From positions 1 to 59,286 of the forward strand of contig JAZRHB010000068.1 of the NCBI GenBank assembly GCA_045644605.1: a stretch of 59,286 bases of DNA. Direction: 5' to 3'. The notes below the pieces were generated by a model that worked only from the letters and a program-made list of their open reading frames with translations, was not told where the DNA came from and did not search any database. Of this stretch, positions 1 to 11,518 are shown in pieces. The translations under genes were made by a program, and so were the position numbers. This stretch comes from Clostridia bacterium. GTDB lineage: Bacteria > Bacillota > Clostridia > RUG12999. Numbering within the stretch: position 1 is the first letter of the stretch; each line of letters begins with the position of its first letter.

Positions 1-199
1 CGTGCTCCGCAATTCGTTCAACACGCGCTTTCAGCACCTTGTCACCAAATGTAACGGTGATTATGTCCCCTTCTTTTACACGGTCACCGGGTTTTGCATT
101 TCTTTCATTTATCATTACACGACCCTGCTCGCAGGCATCGTTTGCAACTGTTCTTCTTTTAATAAGGCGCGAAACCTTAAGATATTTGTCTATCCTCAT
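1..199 (-). CDS. S4-domain RNA-binding protein (YabO-like), C-terminus cut by the window edge
   Basis: Hand translation from ATG 199-197: MRIDKYLKVSRLIKRRTVANDACEQGRVMINERNAKPGDRVKEGDIITVTFGDKVLKARVERIAEH. GGAGG lies 4 nt upstream. Not in the ORF track. The yabO-hup-mazG-yabM neighbourhood fits. Confidence 0.7.
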   Translation of the reverse strand, partial: MRIDKYLKVSRLIKRRTVANDACEQGRVMINERNAKPGDRVKEGDIITVTFGDKVLKARVERIAEH

Positions 200-280
200 T
201 TTTCCTCCGAAAAAAATATAAGGACCGAAAAAGCACATTCTGAAAAATGCGCTTTTTCTGCCCTTATATAGTAAGTTCAA

Positions 281-559
281 TTATTTGCCAGCTACTTTGT
301 CTTTTAATGCTTTGCTGATTTTGAAAGCAGGAACTTTAGAAGCAGGAATTTTGATAGCCTGTTTTGTGCGCGGGTTGATACCTGTTCTTGCAGCACGTGT
401 TTTTGTTTCGAATGTACCGAAACCAACTAATGCTACTTTGTCTCCTTTAACGAGTGCTTCTTCGATAGATGCTACAACTGCGTTTAATGCAGCTTCTGCG
501 TCTTTCTTTGTGAGTCCAGCTTTTGCAGCAATGCTTGCTACTAAATCTGCCTTATTCAT
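281..559 (-). CDS. hup: HU family DNA-binding protein
   Basis: MNKADLVASIAAKAGLTKKDAEAALNAVVASIEEAL...GFGTFETKTRAARTGINPRT is a classic HU sequence. I chose the internal ATG at 559 because GGAGGAAAAGG lies upstream. The longer track ORF adds a non-HU extension. Confidence 0.95.
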   Translation of the reverse strand: MNKADLVASIAAKAGLTKKDAEAALNAVVASIEEALVKGDKVALVGFGTFETKTRAARTGINPRTKQAIKIPASKVPAFKISKALKDKVAGK

Positions 560-701
560 AGTCCTTTTCCTCCTTAAAATTGTGATATATAAATTTTCTA
601 TATTAAATATTGAAAATCCTTTTTTTATGCGAAAAATCGTCATTTTTATCGTTTTCAAGGGCTTGTTTTATTGAAATTGCACAATAAAACAGGGAGTTGC
701 G

Positions 702-1487
702 TTATTTTATGCCGTTTTCCTTGGCTTCATCCCACAGCTTGTCCATTTCATAAAGGGTCATATCCTCAAGGTTTCTGCCCTGCCCGTTTGCATTTTCTTC
801 AACATATTCAAATCTGTTTACAAACTTGTTTATTGACCCTTCAAGAGCAAGCTCGGGGTTAACGCGCGCAAACCTTGAAACATTCACTGCCGCAAAAAGC
901 GTATCGCCCATTTCTTCAAAAATGTTTTCTTTGTCTTTATTTTTAACCGCAAGGCGAAGTTCTGCAACTTCTTCCTCAAGCTTTTTAAGTGTATCTTCTA
1001 TTTCCTCCCAGTCAAACCCCACTTTTGCCGCGCGGGTCTGCACCTTTTCCGCTTTAAGCAGTGCCGGAAGCGTTTTTGTTACGTCCTTTAGACGTTGTGT
1101 CACTGTTGACATATTCTTTTCGCCGCTTTTGATTTTATCCCAGTTTTTAAGCACCTGCTCGCTTGTGTTTGCCTCAACATCACCAAAAACGTGCGGGTGA
1201 CGGCGTATCATTTTTTCCGATATCATTGTTATAACATCGTTTATATCAAAGCTTTTTTCTTCCGCACAAATCTGTGACAGCATCATTACCTGAAGAAGCA
1301 AGTCACCAAGCTCGTCGGAAAGCTTTTCTCTTGGTCCGTCAATGGCATCAATAACCTCGTAGGCTTCTTCCATAACATAGTTTTTCATATCTTCTATTTT
1401 AAGTTCTCTGTCCCATGGGCATCCGTCCGGCGCACGAAGACGTGCCACGATATCGCGGAGCTCAGAAAACGAATATTTTTTATCCAT
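702..1487 (-). CDS. mazG: MazG nucleoside triphosphate pyrophosphohydrolase
   Basis: Tandem MazG repeats: CPWDRE...EEAYEV and GFDWEE...EEVAEL...EEMGD. Abuts the upstream flippase gene. Confidence 0.9.
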   Translation of the reverse strand: MDKKYSFSELRDIVARLRAPDGCPWDRELKIEDMKNYVMEEAYEVIDAIDGPREKLSDELGDLLLQVMMLSQICAEEKSFDINDVITMISEKMIRRHPHVFGDVEANTSEQVLKNWDKIKSGEKNMSTVTQRLKDVTKTLPALLKAEKVQTRAAKVGFDWEEIEDTLKKLEEEVAELRLAVKNKDKENIFEEMGDTLFAAVNVSRFARVNPELALEGSINKFVNRFEYVEENANGQGRNLEDMTLYEMDKLWDEAKENGIK

Positions 1488-1488
1488 A

Positions 1489-3084
1489 TTATCCCCTTAA
1501 CAGTTTTAGTTTAGTAAGAATTTCTGCAATTTTTTTACCTTTCGGGAACGAAAGAATATCTTCCTTTGAAACGCCGCCGAAAACAAGAAGTGTAAGAATA
1601 TATGCAATTCCCGAGCATCCGCCGGCAATTACAAAATTAACAATTATAATGTCGCCGGGTAATATGCCATATACAAAATATGCCACTACGCCCATTACAA
1701 CAGCGGCAAGAAGCGGTCTTACCCAGAAATTAAAGCCTATATCCGCTTTTGTTATTTTTCTGATGTATATAAGGTTTAAAAACATATAAATAAAGTAGCA
1801 TACGGTTGTTCCTATCGGTGCACCGTTTATGTTTATTGCAGGATTGCTTACAAGAACGTAGTTTATTATAACTTTTGCAAGTCCGCCAACAAATATGTTT
1901 GCCACAGGTATAAGAACATTTCCCGTTGCCTGCAGAATTGAGTTTGTTACAAGCACCATGGAAACAAACACAACTGCCGGTGCAATAAGCTGAAGAAGAA
2001 GCGCCGCATCACTTGATTTAAACAGAATTTTAAGTATCGGGCTTGCAAGCGTGCCAAGTCCTACTGCACACGGAAGCGCAAAAACATATGCCGCTTTAAG
2101 CGACTGTGTGGTTGTTACTCTTACGGTTTTTGTATCCTTTACCACAAACGCCCTTGCTATTGCCGGCACAAGTGCCAGACAAAGCGACATTACAAGTGTT
2201 GGCGGCATATTATAAAGCACCACCGCTTTACTTGTATATCTGCCGTAAAGAACAACCGGACTTTCGGAAATAAGGTGTTTTATAGAGTCAAGATTTCTTC
2301 CTATAAGCACCGTATCTATCATATTTGTAAGTGTAAATACAGATGCACTTATTGTTACGGGGATTGCTATCATAAGAAGTTTTTTTAGAATTGTTTTTGT
2401 CGGTGCAGGTTCTTTATCGTTATCAATGTTTTCATAAATTGATTTCTTCTTTTTTGTATGGATAGCCGCAAGAATCAGAAGTGACATGAGTGACCCTGCA
2501 GTTACGCCAAGGACAGCACCCGAAGCCGCAATATGAAGACCACGGTCAAGAAGAATATATGCAAGCACATATCCTATAATAAGCTTGCCCGAAGCTTCCA
2601 CAACCTCGCTTATCGCCGTAGGAATCATATTGGACATACCCTGGAAAAATCCACGGTATACCGACATAAGAGATACAAAAAGAATGGATGGTGCAATTGT
2701 CATAACCGCAATATTGGAATTCACAAATTTAGTGGTTGCCGCCCATTTGTCGGCAAACAGGAAAAGAGCACCGCTTCCAAGCACGCCTATAATAAGAAAA
2801 ATTGCATATGCCGTGTTATATATGCGCTTGGTTTCACGAAGATTTCCCTGCACCATACTTTCCGATACCATTTTTGAAACTGCAACCGGAAGACCCGCAG
2901 TTGCAACCACAAACAGTCCTGAATATATATTATATGCCGCATTGAAATAACCCATCCCCTCATCTCCTATAAGATGCTGAAGCGGGATTTTGAAAAATGC
3001 GCCTATTATTTTAACCATAAGGTTTGCAATTAAAAGAATTGCCGAGCCCTTGGCAACCGACTGACCCATTGATTTAGCTGACAT
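1489..3084 (-). CDS. MOP-superfamily flippase (MurJ/SpoVB/YabM type)
   Basis: 531-aa polytopic membrane protein. The N-terminus (GSAILLIANLMVKIIGAFFKIPL) is typical of polysaccharide/lipid II flippases. SD GGAGGAAGG upstream. Position matches yabM. Confidence 0.8.
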   Translation of the reverse strand: MSAKSMGQSVAKGSAILLIANLMVKIIGAFFKIPLQHLIGDEGMGYFNAAYNIYSGLFVVATAGLPVAVSKMVSESMVQGNLRETKRIYNTAYAIFLIIGVLGSGALFLFADKWAATTKFVNSNIAVMTIAPSILFVSLMSVYRGFFQGMSNMIPTAISEVVEASGKLIIGYVLAYILLDRGLHIAASGAVLGVTAGSLMSLLILAAIHTKKKKSIYENIDNDKEPAPTKTILKKLLMIAIPVTISASVFTLTNMIDTVLIGRNLDSIKHLISESPVVLYGRYTSKAVVLYNMPPTLVMSLCLALVPAIARAFVVKDTKTVRVTTTQSLKAAYVFALPCAVGLGTLASPILKILFKSSDAALLLQLIAPAVVFVSMVLVTNSILQATGNVLIPVANIFVGGLAKVIINYVLVSNPAININGAPIGTTVCYFIYMFLNLIYIRKITKADIGFNFWVRPLLAAVVMGVVAYFVYGILPGDIIIVNFVIAGGCSGIAYILTLLVFGGVSKEDILSFPKGKKIAEILTKLKLLRG

Positions 3085-3242
3085 AAGCCTTCCTCCAAAT
3101 TTCTACTACGCCAATTATATATTATTATGCTTTAAAAGTCAAGTATACCGCCATTTTCAAAAAATTTGAAAAAGCTATGGAAATCTTATAATTTATATGC
3201 TATAATATTACTATATATACTATTTTTGAAAGGATTTTTCAA

Positions 3243-5555
3243 ATGGCAAAAAAAGTTGTACGAAAAAAATCAAAAACACCGGCAAAAACTTCCGGCAAAC
3301 AGACCTCTGCCGTTAAAAAGGAATTACTCCCTATTATCAGCGTAGGGATTGGAATATTTTTTATTATAAGCATATGGTTTTCGGGAGGCGGTATTATCGG
3401 CCGTTTTATCACCGATACGCTCCGCGGACTTTTCGGCAATGTGGTATACGCACTGCCCGTTGTCCTTATTGCCTGCGCGGCAATGTCACTTCTTGACAGC
3501 AGTTCCAAATCAAAAGCAAAAATATGGACAATAGGTCTTTGTCCGGTTGTTTTTTCAATGATTAATCATTTTATATATCGTCTTGCGCCCGACAATGAAT
3601 TCGAGGGCGTTATCCGCAATTTTGAAATTGCACAAAGCGGTGGCGGCGGCGGACTTTTCGGCGCGCTTATTGAACCGTTTATTTCCCTTATCGGATTTGT
3701 AGGTGCGGCTATTGTTCTTCTTATTATTGTTGTTGCAATAGTAGTTATAATTTTTGAAATTTCCGTAACCGAACTGTTTGGAAAGGTTACATCAAAAGCA
3801 AAAGAAGGATTTGCCGAATATAAACAAACCCGCGCCGAAGAAAAAAAGGCAGTAAAATCCCTTGAAAAAGAGTTTGAAACCCAGGCGGTATACACAGGTG
3901 AAGATGATGAGCCCGACGAAGAGCTTGAAGCGTATACCTGGATGACAGACGATGTTGTAATCAACGATACTCTTGATAACAATAATGAGGACAAGCCCGA
4001 AGAAACTCCGGCTCCCGCATCTGCACCCGAAAAAGAGGCCGATGACAAAGAAGACAATTCTATGATACCCATAGAAATTGAAACTCCGCCGATTATACAG
4101 GAATATATATACCCCTCGCCCGATCTTCTTTACGAAGGACCGAAGGTACATACAGGTGGCAAAATTGACCAGCTTAAAGCCAATGCCGCACGTCTTGTTG
4201 AAATTTTTGCAAGCTTCGGTATTGATGTTAAGGTTACAAACATAACACGCGGTTCAAGCGTAACAAGATATGAGGTTGTTCCTGCACCGGGTATAAAAGT
4301 AACCAAAATTACCGCACTTGATCAGGATATTGCACTTCGTCTTCCTGCAAACAACGTGCGTATTGAAGTTCTTCCCGGATACGTTGGAGTTGAGGTTTCT
4401 AATGATTCTATTTCCACAGTATATCTCCGCAGTATTATTGAATCTGCTGAATTTAAAAACCACCCATCCAAACTTGCGGTTGCAGTTGGTAAAGATATAA
4501 ACGGCAACACCGTTGTTATGGATATTGCAAAAACACCTCACCTTCTTATTGCAGGTGCTACAGGCTCCGGTAAGAGTGTGTGCATAAACACAATTGTTTC
4601 AAGTATTTTGTACAAATCAACTCCGCAGGAAGTTAAACTTGTTATGGTCGACCCCAAAGTTGTTGAACTTAGCGTATATAATGGCATTCCGCATCTTCTT
4701 GTACCTATCGTAACCGACCCGAGAAAAGCGGCAGGTGCTCTTTACTGGGCAGTTAACGAAATGGAAGACAGATACAAAAAATTTGCAGAATTTGGCGTTC
4801 GTGACCTTGAAGGATATAACAAAAAACTTACTGCAAGCGACGAAAATGCTGTGGCACTTCCACAGATTGTAATTATAATAGACGAGCTTGCCGACCTTAT
4901 GATGGTTGCGGCAAACGAAGTTCAGGATTATATCTGCCGTCTTGCGCAGAAAGCAAGAGCCGCAGGTATGCACCTTATTCTTGCAACACAGCGTCCGTCT
5001 GTTGACGTTATCACAGGTCTTATCAAAGCCAACATTCCGTCACGTATTTCGTTTGCGGTTTCAAGTGCCGTAGACTCAAGAACAATTCTTGACGGCGGCG
5101 GTGCAGAAAAGCTTATGGGTAAAGGCGATATGCTTATGATGCTTTCAGGTGCATCCAAACTCAACCGTGTACAGGGTGCTTTTGTTTCCGATACAGATGT
5201 TGAATCACTTGTAAACTTTGTAAAAGAACAGACAACTGCCGAATATAACAACGACGTTCTCAAAACTATTGAAGTAAGCTCCGCAGGCGGCGGACATAAT
5301 TCCGGCAGCGACAATAGCGCCGACCACGACGACCTGTTTGTTGAAGCAGCAGAAATTGCATTTGAACTTGGTCAGATTTCCGCATCTATGATTCAGCGCC
5401 GTCTTAAAGTAGGTTATGCCCGTGCCGGCAGACTTATTGATATACTTGACAAAAAGCGTGTTATTTCTACATATGACGGAAGCAACAAACCCCGTACACT
5501 TCAGATGACACGACAGGAATTTAACGAAATGATGGAGCGAGAAAATGAACAGTAA
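3243..5555 (+). CDS. ftsK: FtsK/SpoIIIE DNA translocase
   Basis: N-terminal TM segments, an acidic linker, Walker A GATGSGKS, Walker [12 protein letters not shown], and a C-terminal gamma winged helix ([21 protein letters not shown]). Confidence 0.95.
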   Translation: MAKKVVRKKSKTPAKTSGKQTSAVKKELLPIISVGIGIFFIISIWFSGGGIIGRFITDTLRGLFGNVVYALPVVLIACAAMSLLDSSSKSKAKIWTIGLCPVVFSMINHFIYRLAPDNEFEGVIRNFEIAQSGGGGGLFGALIEPFISLIGFVGAAIVLLIIVVAIVVIIFEISVTELFGKVTSKAKEGFAEYKQTRAEEKKAVKSLEKEFETQAVYTGEDDEPDEELEAYTWMTDDVVINDTLDNNNEDKPEETPAPASAPEKEADDKEDNSMIPIEIETPPIIQEYIYPSPDLLYEGPKVHTGGKIDQLKANAARLVEIFASFGIDVKVTNITRGSSVTRYEVVPAPGIKVTKITALDQDIALRLPANNVRIEVLPGYVGVEVSNDSISTVYLRSIIESAEFKNHPSKLAVAVGKDINGNTVVMDIAKTPHLLIAGATGSGKSVCINTIVSSILYKSTPQEVKLVMVDPKVVELSVYNGIPHLLVPIVTDPRKAAGALYWAVNEMEDRYKKFAEFGVRDLEGYNKKLTASDENAVALPQIVIIIDELADLMMVAANEVQDYICRLAQKARAAGMHLILATQRPSVDVITGLIKANIPSRISFAVSSAVDSRTILDGGGAEKLMGKGDMLMMLSGASKLNRVQGAFVSDTDVESLVNFVKEQTTAEYNNDVLKTIEVSSAGGGHNSGSDNSADHDDLFVEAAEIAFELGQISASMIQRRLKVGYARAGRLIDILDKKRVISTYDGSNKPRTLQMTRQEFNEMMERENEQ

Positions 5556-7449
5556 TTTTCTTCCCGTTACAAAACAGGAAATAGATTTACTTGGTTGGGA
5601 TGCGCCCGATTTTGTGTTTGTAACCGGGGACGCTTATGTTGACCATCCGTCCTTTGCGTGTGCAATTTTATCACGCGTTCTTGAAAGCAAAGGGTTTAAA
5701 GTGGCAATCCTCCCCCAGCCTAAAGTAAATAGCGCCGAAGATTTCAAACGTTTTGGCAGACCTCGTCTTGGTTTTCTTGTATCTGCAGGTAATATAGACT
5801 CAATGGTTGCACATTATACCGCCGCAAAGAAAAAACGTCATGATGACGCATATTCACCCGGCGGCAAGGCAGGATACAGACCTGACAGGGCAACTATTTC
5901 ATATTGCAACCGCATTCGTCAGGCATATAAAGACGTGCCGATAATCATAGGCGGAATTGAAGCGTCACTTCGCAGGTTTGCACATTATGATTACTGGGAT
6001 GACAAGGTGCGACGCAGTGTTTTATTTGACAGCGGTGCTGACCTGCTCATATACGGTATGGGCGAGAGAATCCTTACCGAGGTTGCCGAGGCACTTAATA
6101 ACGGATATGACATAAAACAGCTTACTTATATTGACGGCACAGTTTATCTGGCGGACACCCTTGACGGACTTACCGATTACGAAATATGCCCGTCATACAA
6201 AGACGTATGTGCATCAAAAAAAGCATATGCCGAATCTGTGCGGCTGCAGTATACGGAGCATAATCCCATAAAAGGAAAAACCCTTGTGCAGGAACACGAC
6301 GGTAAATATATTGTTGCAAATAAACCAGCAATACCTCTTTTACGGACAGAGCTTGACAGGGTGTTTGCACTTAAATTTGAACGGAAATGGCACCCGATGT
6401 ATGATGAAATGGGCGGCATTCCCGCAATTGAAGAGGTGCAGTTTTCCATAATCAGCTCAAGAGGATGTTACGGCGGATGTAATTTCTGTGCCCTTGCATT
6501 TCATCAGGGCAGAATGGTGCAAAGTAGAAGCCATAAATCCATAATTACGGAAGCAGAAAAATTCGTGTGGAACCCCGATTTTAAAGGCTATATCCACGAC
6601 GTTGGCGGTCCTACGGCAAACTTCCGTGAGCCCGCATGCGAGCATCAGTTTGAGCACGGCGTATGTACAAATAAGCAGTGTATGGCACCAAAGCTTTGCC
6701 CTAATATGAAGGTTTCGCACGAGGATTATCTTGACCTCTTACGAAACTTGCGCAAAATAAAAGGCATTAAAAAAGTGTTTATCCGTTCAGGACTTCGGTT
6801 TGATTATATAATGGCGGATAAAAGTGATGAGTTTTTTAACGAGCTTTGCGAACATCATATAAGCGGTCAGCTTAAGGTTGCGCCGGAACACGTCTGTGAT
6901 GAAGTTCTGAAGCTGATGGGAAAACCCAAAAATGATGTTTATAATGCGTTTAAAGATAAGTTTTATAAAATAAATGAAAAGATAGGCAAAAAACAGTATC
7001 TTGTCCCCTATCTTATGTCAAGCCATCCGGGAAGCACCTTAAACAGTGCAATAAAGCTTGCGCTATACTTAAAAAAAGAGGGGCTTAATCCGCAGCAGGT
7101 ACAGGATTTTTACCCTACACCGGGTACAATTTCCACCTGTATGTACTACACCGGTCTTGACCCGATGACAATGAAAAAAGTATACGTTGCAAAAACTACG
7201 GAAGAAAAGCAGATGCAACGTGCACTTTTACAATATAAAAAACCCGAAAATGCTTCGCTTGTCCGAAAGGCTCTTATAAAAGCCGGACGCGAGGATTTAA
7301 TCGGGTACGGGAAGGAATGTCTTGTTCGTCCCGAAAGGAAAGGAGATTATAAAAATGGCAGCACAAATAATAAACGGCAAGGAAGTTTCAGCAAGAATAA
7401 AAGGGGAGCTCAAAAATCAGGTGGCAGACCTCAAAGAAAAAGGCATTAA
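5545..7449 (+). CDS. YgiQ-family radical SAM protein with a basic C-terminal tail
   Basis: N-terminus FLPVTKQE...[21 protein letters not shown], radical SAM cluster CYGGCNFC, and a K/R-rich tail. Overlaps ftsK by 11 nt and folD by 95 nt. Confidence 0.85.
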   Translation: MNSNFLPVTKQEIDLLGWDAPDFVFVTGDAYVDHPSFACAILSRVLESKGFKVAILPQPKVNSAEDFKRFGRPRLGFLVSAGNIDSMVAHYTAAKKKRHDDAYSPGGKAGYRPDRATISYCNRIRQAYKDVPIIIGGIEASLRRFAHYDYWDDKVRRSVLFDSGADLLIYGMGERILTEVAEALNNGYDIKQLTYIDGTVYLADTLDGLTDYEICPSYKDVCASKKAYAESVRLQYTEHNPIKGKTLVQEHDGKYIVANKPAIPLLRTELDRVFALKFERKWHPMYDEMGGIPAIEEVQFSIISSRGCYGGCNFCALAFHQGRMVQSRSHKSIITEAEKFVWNPDFKGYIHDVGGPTANFREPACEHQFEHGVCTNKQCMAPKLCPNMKVSHEDYLDLLRNLRKIKGIKKVFIRSGLRFDYIMADKSDEFFNELCEHHISGQLKVAPEHVCDEVLKLMGKPKNDVYNAFKDKFYKINEKIGKKQYLVPYLMSSHPGSTLNSAIKLALYLKKEGLNPQQVQDFYPTPGTISTCMYYTGLDPMTMKKVYVAKTTEEKQMQRALLQYKKPENASLVRKALIKAGREDLIGYGKECLVRPERKGDYKNGSTNNKRQGSFSKNKRGAQKSGGRPQRKRH

Positions 7450-8206
7450 CCCCGGTCTTGCGGTAGTTATCGTAGGTGATGACCCGGCTTCAAGAGTATA
7501 TGTAAACAACAAGAAAAAGGCTTGTGAAGAAATCGGTATTTATTCAGAAGAATACGCTCTTCCCGCCGAAACCACACAAGATGAGCTTCTTGACCTTATA
7601 AAGACATTATCGGATTCAAAGAAGGTTAGCGGTATTTTAGTTCAGCTTCCGCTTCCGAAACATCTTGATGAAAAAGCGGTTATTGCGGCTATTCCGCCGG
7701 AAAAAGACGTGGATGCATTCCATCCGGTCAACGTTGGTAAAATTATGATTGGCGATTTTGATTTTCTTCCCTGCACACCGGCAGGCGTTATGGAGCTTAT
7801 TGCCGAATCGGGAATTGACCCGGCAGGAAAAGAATGTGTTGTAATCGGCAGAAGCAATATTGTAGGTAAACCTCAGGCAATGCTTCTTCTTCATAAAAAT
7901 GCAACAGTTACAATATGCCATTCAAAAACAGTTGACCTTAAAACCGTTTGCCGCCGTGCAGATATTCTTGTTGCGGCTGTAGGAAAAGCAAAATTTGTAA
8001 CCGATGATATGATAAAACCCGGCGCAGTTGTAATTGACGTTGGTATGAACAGAGATGAAAGCGGCAAGCTTTGCGGTGACGTTGACTACGAAAACGTTAA
8101 AGAAGTTGCCGGTGCAATCACACCTGTTCCCGGCGGTGTCGGTCCTATGACAATTGCAATGCTTATGAAAAATGCCGTTAAAGCGGCACTTATTCAGGAG
8201 GAATAA
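7355..8206 (+). CDS. folD: Bifunctional methylenetetrahydrofolate dehydrogenase/cyclohydrolase
   Basis: [16 protein letters not shown]...[18 protein letters not shown]...GRSNIVGKP...[13 protein letters not shown] 7355 has an AGGAG SD at 7341. The track start at 7322 lies inside ygiQ. Confidence 0.95.
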   Translation: MAAQIINGKEVSARIKGELKNQVADLKEKGINPGLAVVIVGDDPASRVYVNNKKKACEEIGIYSEEYALPAETTQDELLDLIKTLSDSKKVSGILVQLPLPKHLDEKAVIAAIPPEKDVDAFHPVNVGKIMIGDFDFLPCTPAGVMELIAESGIDPAGKECVVIGRSNIVGKPQAMLLLHKNATVTICHSKTVDLKTVCRRADILVAAVGKAKFVTDDMIKPGAVVIDVGMNRDESGKLCGDVDYENVKEVAGAITPVPGGVGPMTIAMLMKNAVKAALIQEE

Positions 8207-8207
8207 G

Positions 8208-9008
8208 ATGCTTTTACTTGACCGTTTTCACGAAGGAAAAAAACTTATACTTACAATGAGCTATGATGACGGTAATACCCACGACAGACGGCTTGTTGAA
8301 ATATTTAATAAATATGGTGTCCGCGGGACTTTCCACCTTATTTCCGGCAGATTTGATGTTGACCCCGCCGTTATTAAATCGGAAGAGGTAGCTACCCTTT
8401 ATAAAAACCACGAGGTTGCGGTACATACTGTAAACCATCCGTCGCTTATAAAGGTTGCGCCCGCAACTGTTGCAAAAGAAGTAATTGATGACCGTAAAAA
8501 TATTGAAAACCTTTGCGGATATGTTGTTCGTGGAATGTCCTACCCCTACGGTACATATAACGACGAAGTGATTTCCACCCTCAAAAGCTGTGGAATTGTT
8601 TACAGTAGAGTTGTTGCATCAACAATGAACTTTTCACTTCCCGAAGATTTTATGCGGTGGAAACCGACAGGACATCACAAATTCACGCCCGAAATTGCCG
8701 AAAAATTTCTTGAGTTTGTAAACAGTAAAAACCCATATCCTGCGCTTTGTTACATATGGGGACACAGTTACGAGTTTAACAGGGATAACAACTGGGACCT
8801 TATTGAAGATTTTTGCAAAAAAGTCGGCGGGTTTGACAATGTGTGGTATGCAACAAACATTGAAATATATGACTATCTTACTGCACAAAAATCCCTGCAC
8901 ATTTCCGCAGATGAAAGTATTGTATATAACCCCACGCAGATTGACGTATGGGCTACAAAAGACGGCGAATGTGTAAAAATTCCGGCAGGGGAAACAGTAA
9001 TTTTTTAA
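8208..9008 (+). CDS. Polysaccharide deacetylase (NodB/CE4) family protein
   Basis: TMSYDDGNTHDRRLVEIFNKYGVRGTFHL plus the HTVNHP motif. ATG 8208 follows GGAGGAATAAG and lies 1 nt after the folD stop. Confidence 0.8.
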   Translation: MLLLDRFHEGKKLILTMSYDDGNTHDRRLVEIFNKYGVRGTFHLISGRFDVDPAVIKSEEVATLYKNHEVAVHTVNHPSLIKVAPATVAKEVIDDRKNIENLCGYVVRGMSYPYGTYNDEVISTLKSCGIVYSRVVASTMNFSLPEDFMRWKPTGHHKFTPEIAEKFLEFVNSKNPYPALCYIWGHSYEFNRDNNWDLIEDFCKKVGGFDNVWYATNIEIYDYLTAQKSLHISADESIVYNPTQIDVWATKDGECVKIPAGETVIF

Positions 9009-9012
9009 AATT

Positions 9013-9040
9013 AAAGCACCTCTTAAACGAGGTGCTTTTT
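9013..9040. terminator. Bidirectional intrinsic terminator between convergent genes
   Basis: AAAGCACCTC-ttaaac-GAGGTGCTTT, flanked by A and T tracts. Confidence 0.75.
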
Positions 9041-9041
9041 A

Positions 9042-10895
9042 TTATTCAAGTTCAGACAGCCACAAGTTTGCTGCCGCATCGGACGGCATTTTAAGGTCAC
9101 TTCTCGGCGAAAGTGAAATTTCTCCTACTTTCGGGCCGTCGGGAACGCACGAACGTTTGAACTGCTGCGAGAAAAATCTTCTGTAAAAGGTTTTAAGCCA
9201 TTTAAGAATTGTTTCCGCATCATACTGCCCATCAAAGCTATCAGCCGCAAGTCTGTATATTTTTTTAGGTTCAAAAGCGTACTTTACTGCATAATAAATA
9301 AAGAAATCGTGCAGCTCGTACGGACCTACAATATCCTCTGTTTTCTGTGCTATATCCCCCTCTTCCGGCGGAAGAAGTTCGGGGCTTACAGGTGTGTCAA
9401 GAATATCTTCAAGTACTTCCTTAAGCTCGCCCTTCGATACGTCCGCAACATATTTTACAATATAGCGCACAAGTGTTTTCGGTATGCCGCTGTTTACGCC
9501 GTACATCGACATATGGTCGCCGTTATAGGTTGCCCAGCCAAGTGCAAGCTCGGACATATCGCCTGTGCCTATTACAATACCGCCTTCCATATTGGCAATA
9601 TCCATAAGCACCTGTGTGCGTTCTCTTGCCTGTGCATTTTCATAAACTGCGTTATGATTATTTATATCGTGACCGATATCTTCGATATGTTTTGTTACAG
9701 ACTCGGAAATATCTACGCATTTAAGTGTTACGCCAAGTGCCTCGCAAAGCTTTTCGGCATTTCCTTTTGTTCTTTCCGTAGTGCCGAAGCACGGCATTGT
9801 TACCGCAATTATATTCTTTTTATCCCATCCAAGATTATAAAATGCACGCACTGTTGCAATAAGCGCAAGCGTTGAATCAAGACCGCCCGATATACCGATA
9901 ATAGCGGTTTTACTGTATGAACGGGAAAGGCGTTTTTCAAGGCCTGCCGCCTGAATTTTAAGAATATCCTCACACTTATCAAGTTCCGGAATAAACGGAT
10001 ATTTACTGTATTTTCTTGTAAGCGGTGTGTCGGCAAGTTCCATTTCAAAAAGACATTCTACATACTCGCCCGTGCTTTCAGGATAGTATGCTTTTTTTCT
10101 TTCGCCGTCAAGCATTTTTACATCAATATCAGTTATTGCCGCAGTTTTTTCAAACGGCACATTTTCGGCTAAAATTTCGCCGTTTTCAGCGATTATGCTA
10201 TGCCCTGCATAAACCATATCTGTTGTTGATTCGCCATCGCCCACACCCGCATACATATATCCGCAAACAAGCTTACTGCTTGTCATTTTTGCCATATTTT
10301 TTCTTATTTCTGCTTTGCCGACAGTTTCTGGGTCTGCTGCGGAATTAAGAATAATGTTTGCGCCTTCTGTCGCATGATTTTCGGCAAGCGAATAAATGCC
10401 GAAATCATTTCCCGTTACTGCCGCAAACGAAAATTCGGGCAGTTCGGCACATTTAAACAGAATATCCGTACCGAAAAGAGTGAATTTGCCGAATAAATCA
10501 ATTTCAAATGTTTCTTCAGGAGCAGGCGCAAAATATCTGTTTGCGTTTGCTGACGGAACTATACCAAGGATTTTCCCTTTATACACAACTGCGGTGCAAT
10601 TATAGAGTTTCGCTTCAAATGAAAAAGGCAATCCCACCGAAAAAACAATATTTGCACGTCTTGTACCTTCCAAAATATCAGAAAGTGCCTCTTTTGCGCC
10701 GGAAACCAGTTTCTCCTGGAAAAACAAATCTCCGCAGGTGGCACCGGTTATACAAAGTTCCGGTAAAAGTGCAAGGCGCACGCCCGATGCGGCGACTTCT
10801 TTTATAAGAGATATTATTTCTTTAGCATTTGATTTGCAGTCTGCAAGCCTTATTTCAGGCGTAAGACACGCACATTTGATAAATCCGTGTTTCAT
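9042..10895 (-). CDS. nadE: Glutamine-dependent NAD+ synthase
   Basis: N-terminal nitrilase-like domain (LALLPELCITGATCGD) and a C-terminal synthetase domain with the SGGLDS PP-loop. Confidence 0.9.
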   Translation of the reverse strand: MKHGFIKCACLTPEIRLADCKSNAKEIISLIKEVAASGVRLALLPELCITGATCGDLFFQEKLVSGAKEALSDILEGTRRANIVFSVGLPFSFEAKLYNCTAVVYKGKILGIVPSANANRYFAPAPEETFEIDLFGKFTLFGTDILFKCAELPEFSFAAVTGNDFGIYSLAENHATEGANIILNSAADPETVGKAEIRKNMAKMTSSKLVCGYMYAGVGDGESTTDMVYAGHSIIAENGEILAENVPFEKTAAITDIDVKMLDGERKKAYYPESTGEYVECLFEMELADTPLTRKYSKYPFIPELDKCEDILKIQAAGLEKRLSRSYSKTAIIGISGGLDSTLALIATVRAFYNLGWDKKNIIAVTMPCFGTTERTKGNAEKLCEALGVTLKCVDISESVTKHIEDIGHDINNHNAVYENAQARERTQVLMDIANMEGGIVIGTGDMSELALGWATYNGDHMSMYGVNSGIPKTLVRYIVKYVADVSKGELKEVLEDILDTPVSPELLPPEEGDIAQKTEDIVGPYELHDFFIYYAVKYAFEPKKIYRLAADSFDGQYDAETILKWLKTFYRRFFSQQFKRSCVPDGPKVGEISLSPRSDLKMPSDAAANLWLSELE

Positions 10896-10919
10896 AAGTA
10901 GTCTCCTTATCTTTTGTAT

Positions 10920-11471
10920 TTAGTCCATAATTCTTCTTATTCCGTAGGTTCCCGTCTCGGGGTCCATAAAAATCGGAAGTTTAGGCGGATAATATGTAAA
11001 TAATATAACCACCGAAATCATGATTATTATAATCATAAAAGCCCGCACGCTCTGCCGTTTTGACGGGTACATATTTACGCATATATGGTGTGTCGTAAAC
11101 TGTGATGTCATAACCGAAAATACCACTATTAGAAAATCAATGACTTTGCTGTATACACCAAAAGCGCAAATGTAAAAATAGTATAGCATCACCGTCATAA
11201 CCGGCGCCATCAGTGCCGAAAGTGTTGCACCTGTTATAGCCGCCTCCCTTGTTATTTTTAAGCGATATCTTGCAAAATATGCCGCCGCCCAGAACATAAG
11301 TATGGGAAAAACAAGCGTTTTTAAGTATTCCCATATACTTTTGTTTATGGATACAAACGGCGCAAGTATTTCCGCCTGATTTGTTAGATTATAAATATGA
11401 CGTCCCGCCGCCGATAAGCTCACTATCAGCGGCACGCTTATATAAATCCACTTTTCAAACTGTGTTTTCAT
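10920..11471 (-). CDS. Hypothetical polytopic membrane protein
   Basis: 183 aa with about 5 hydrophobic segments. Packed tightly between polC and nadE. Confidence 0.55.
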   Translation of the reverse strand: MKTQFEKWIYISVPLIVSLSAAGRHIYNLTNQAEILAPFVSINKSIWEYLKTLVFPILMFWAAAYFARYRLKITREAAITGATLSALMAPVMTVMLYYFYICAFGVYSKVIDFLIVVFSVMTSQFTTHHICVNMYPSKRQSVRAFMIIIIMISVVILFTYYPPKLPIFMDPETGTYGIRRIMD

Positions 11472-11518
11472 TTAATTTTCCTCCAACACGAGTATATGCG
11501 TTTTCGGAAAATTAAATG

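Noticed and set aside
285-674. 129-aa plus-strand ORF, and many similar long antisense ORFs (for example 3566-4072, 9309-9875, 29528-30256, 33795-34427, 39227-39763, 47384-47998, 54011-54400).
   Set aside because: Each lies fully inside, and antisense to, a gene with clear family motifs. The translations are low-complexity or Cys/Phe/Arg-rich, as expected for shadow frames.
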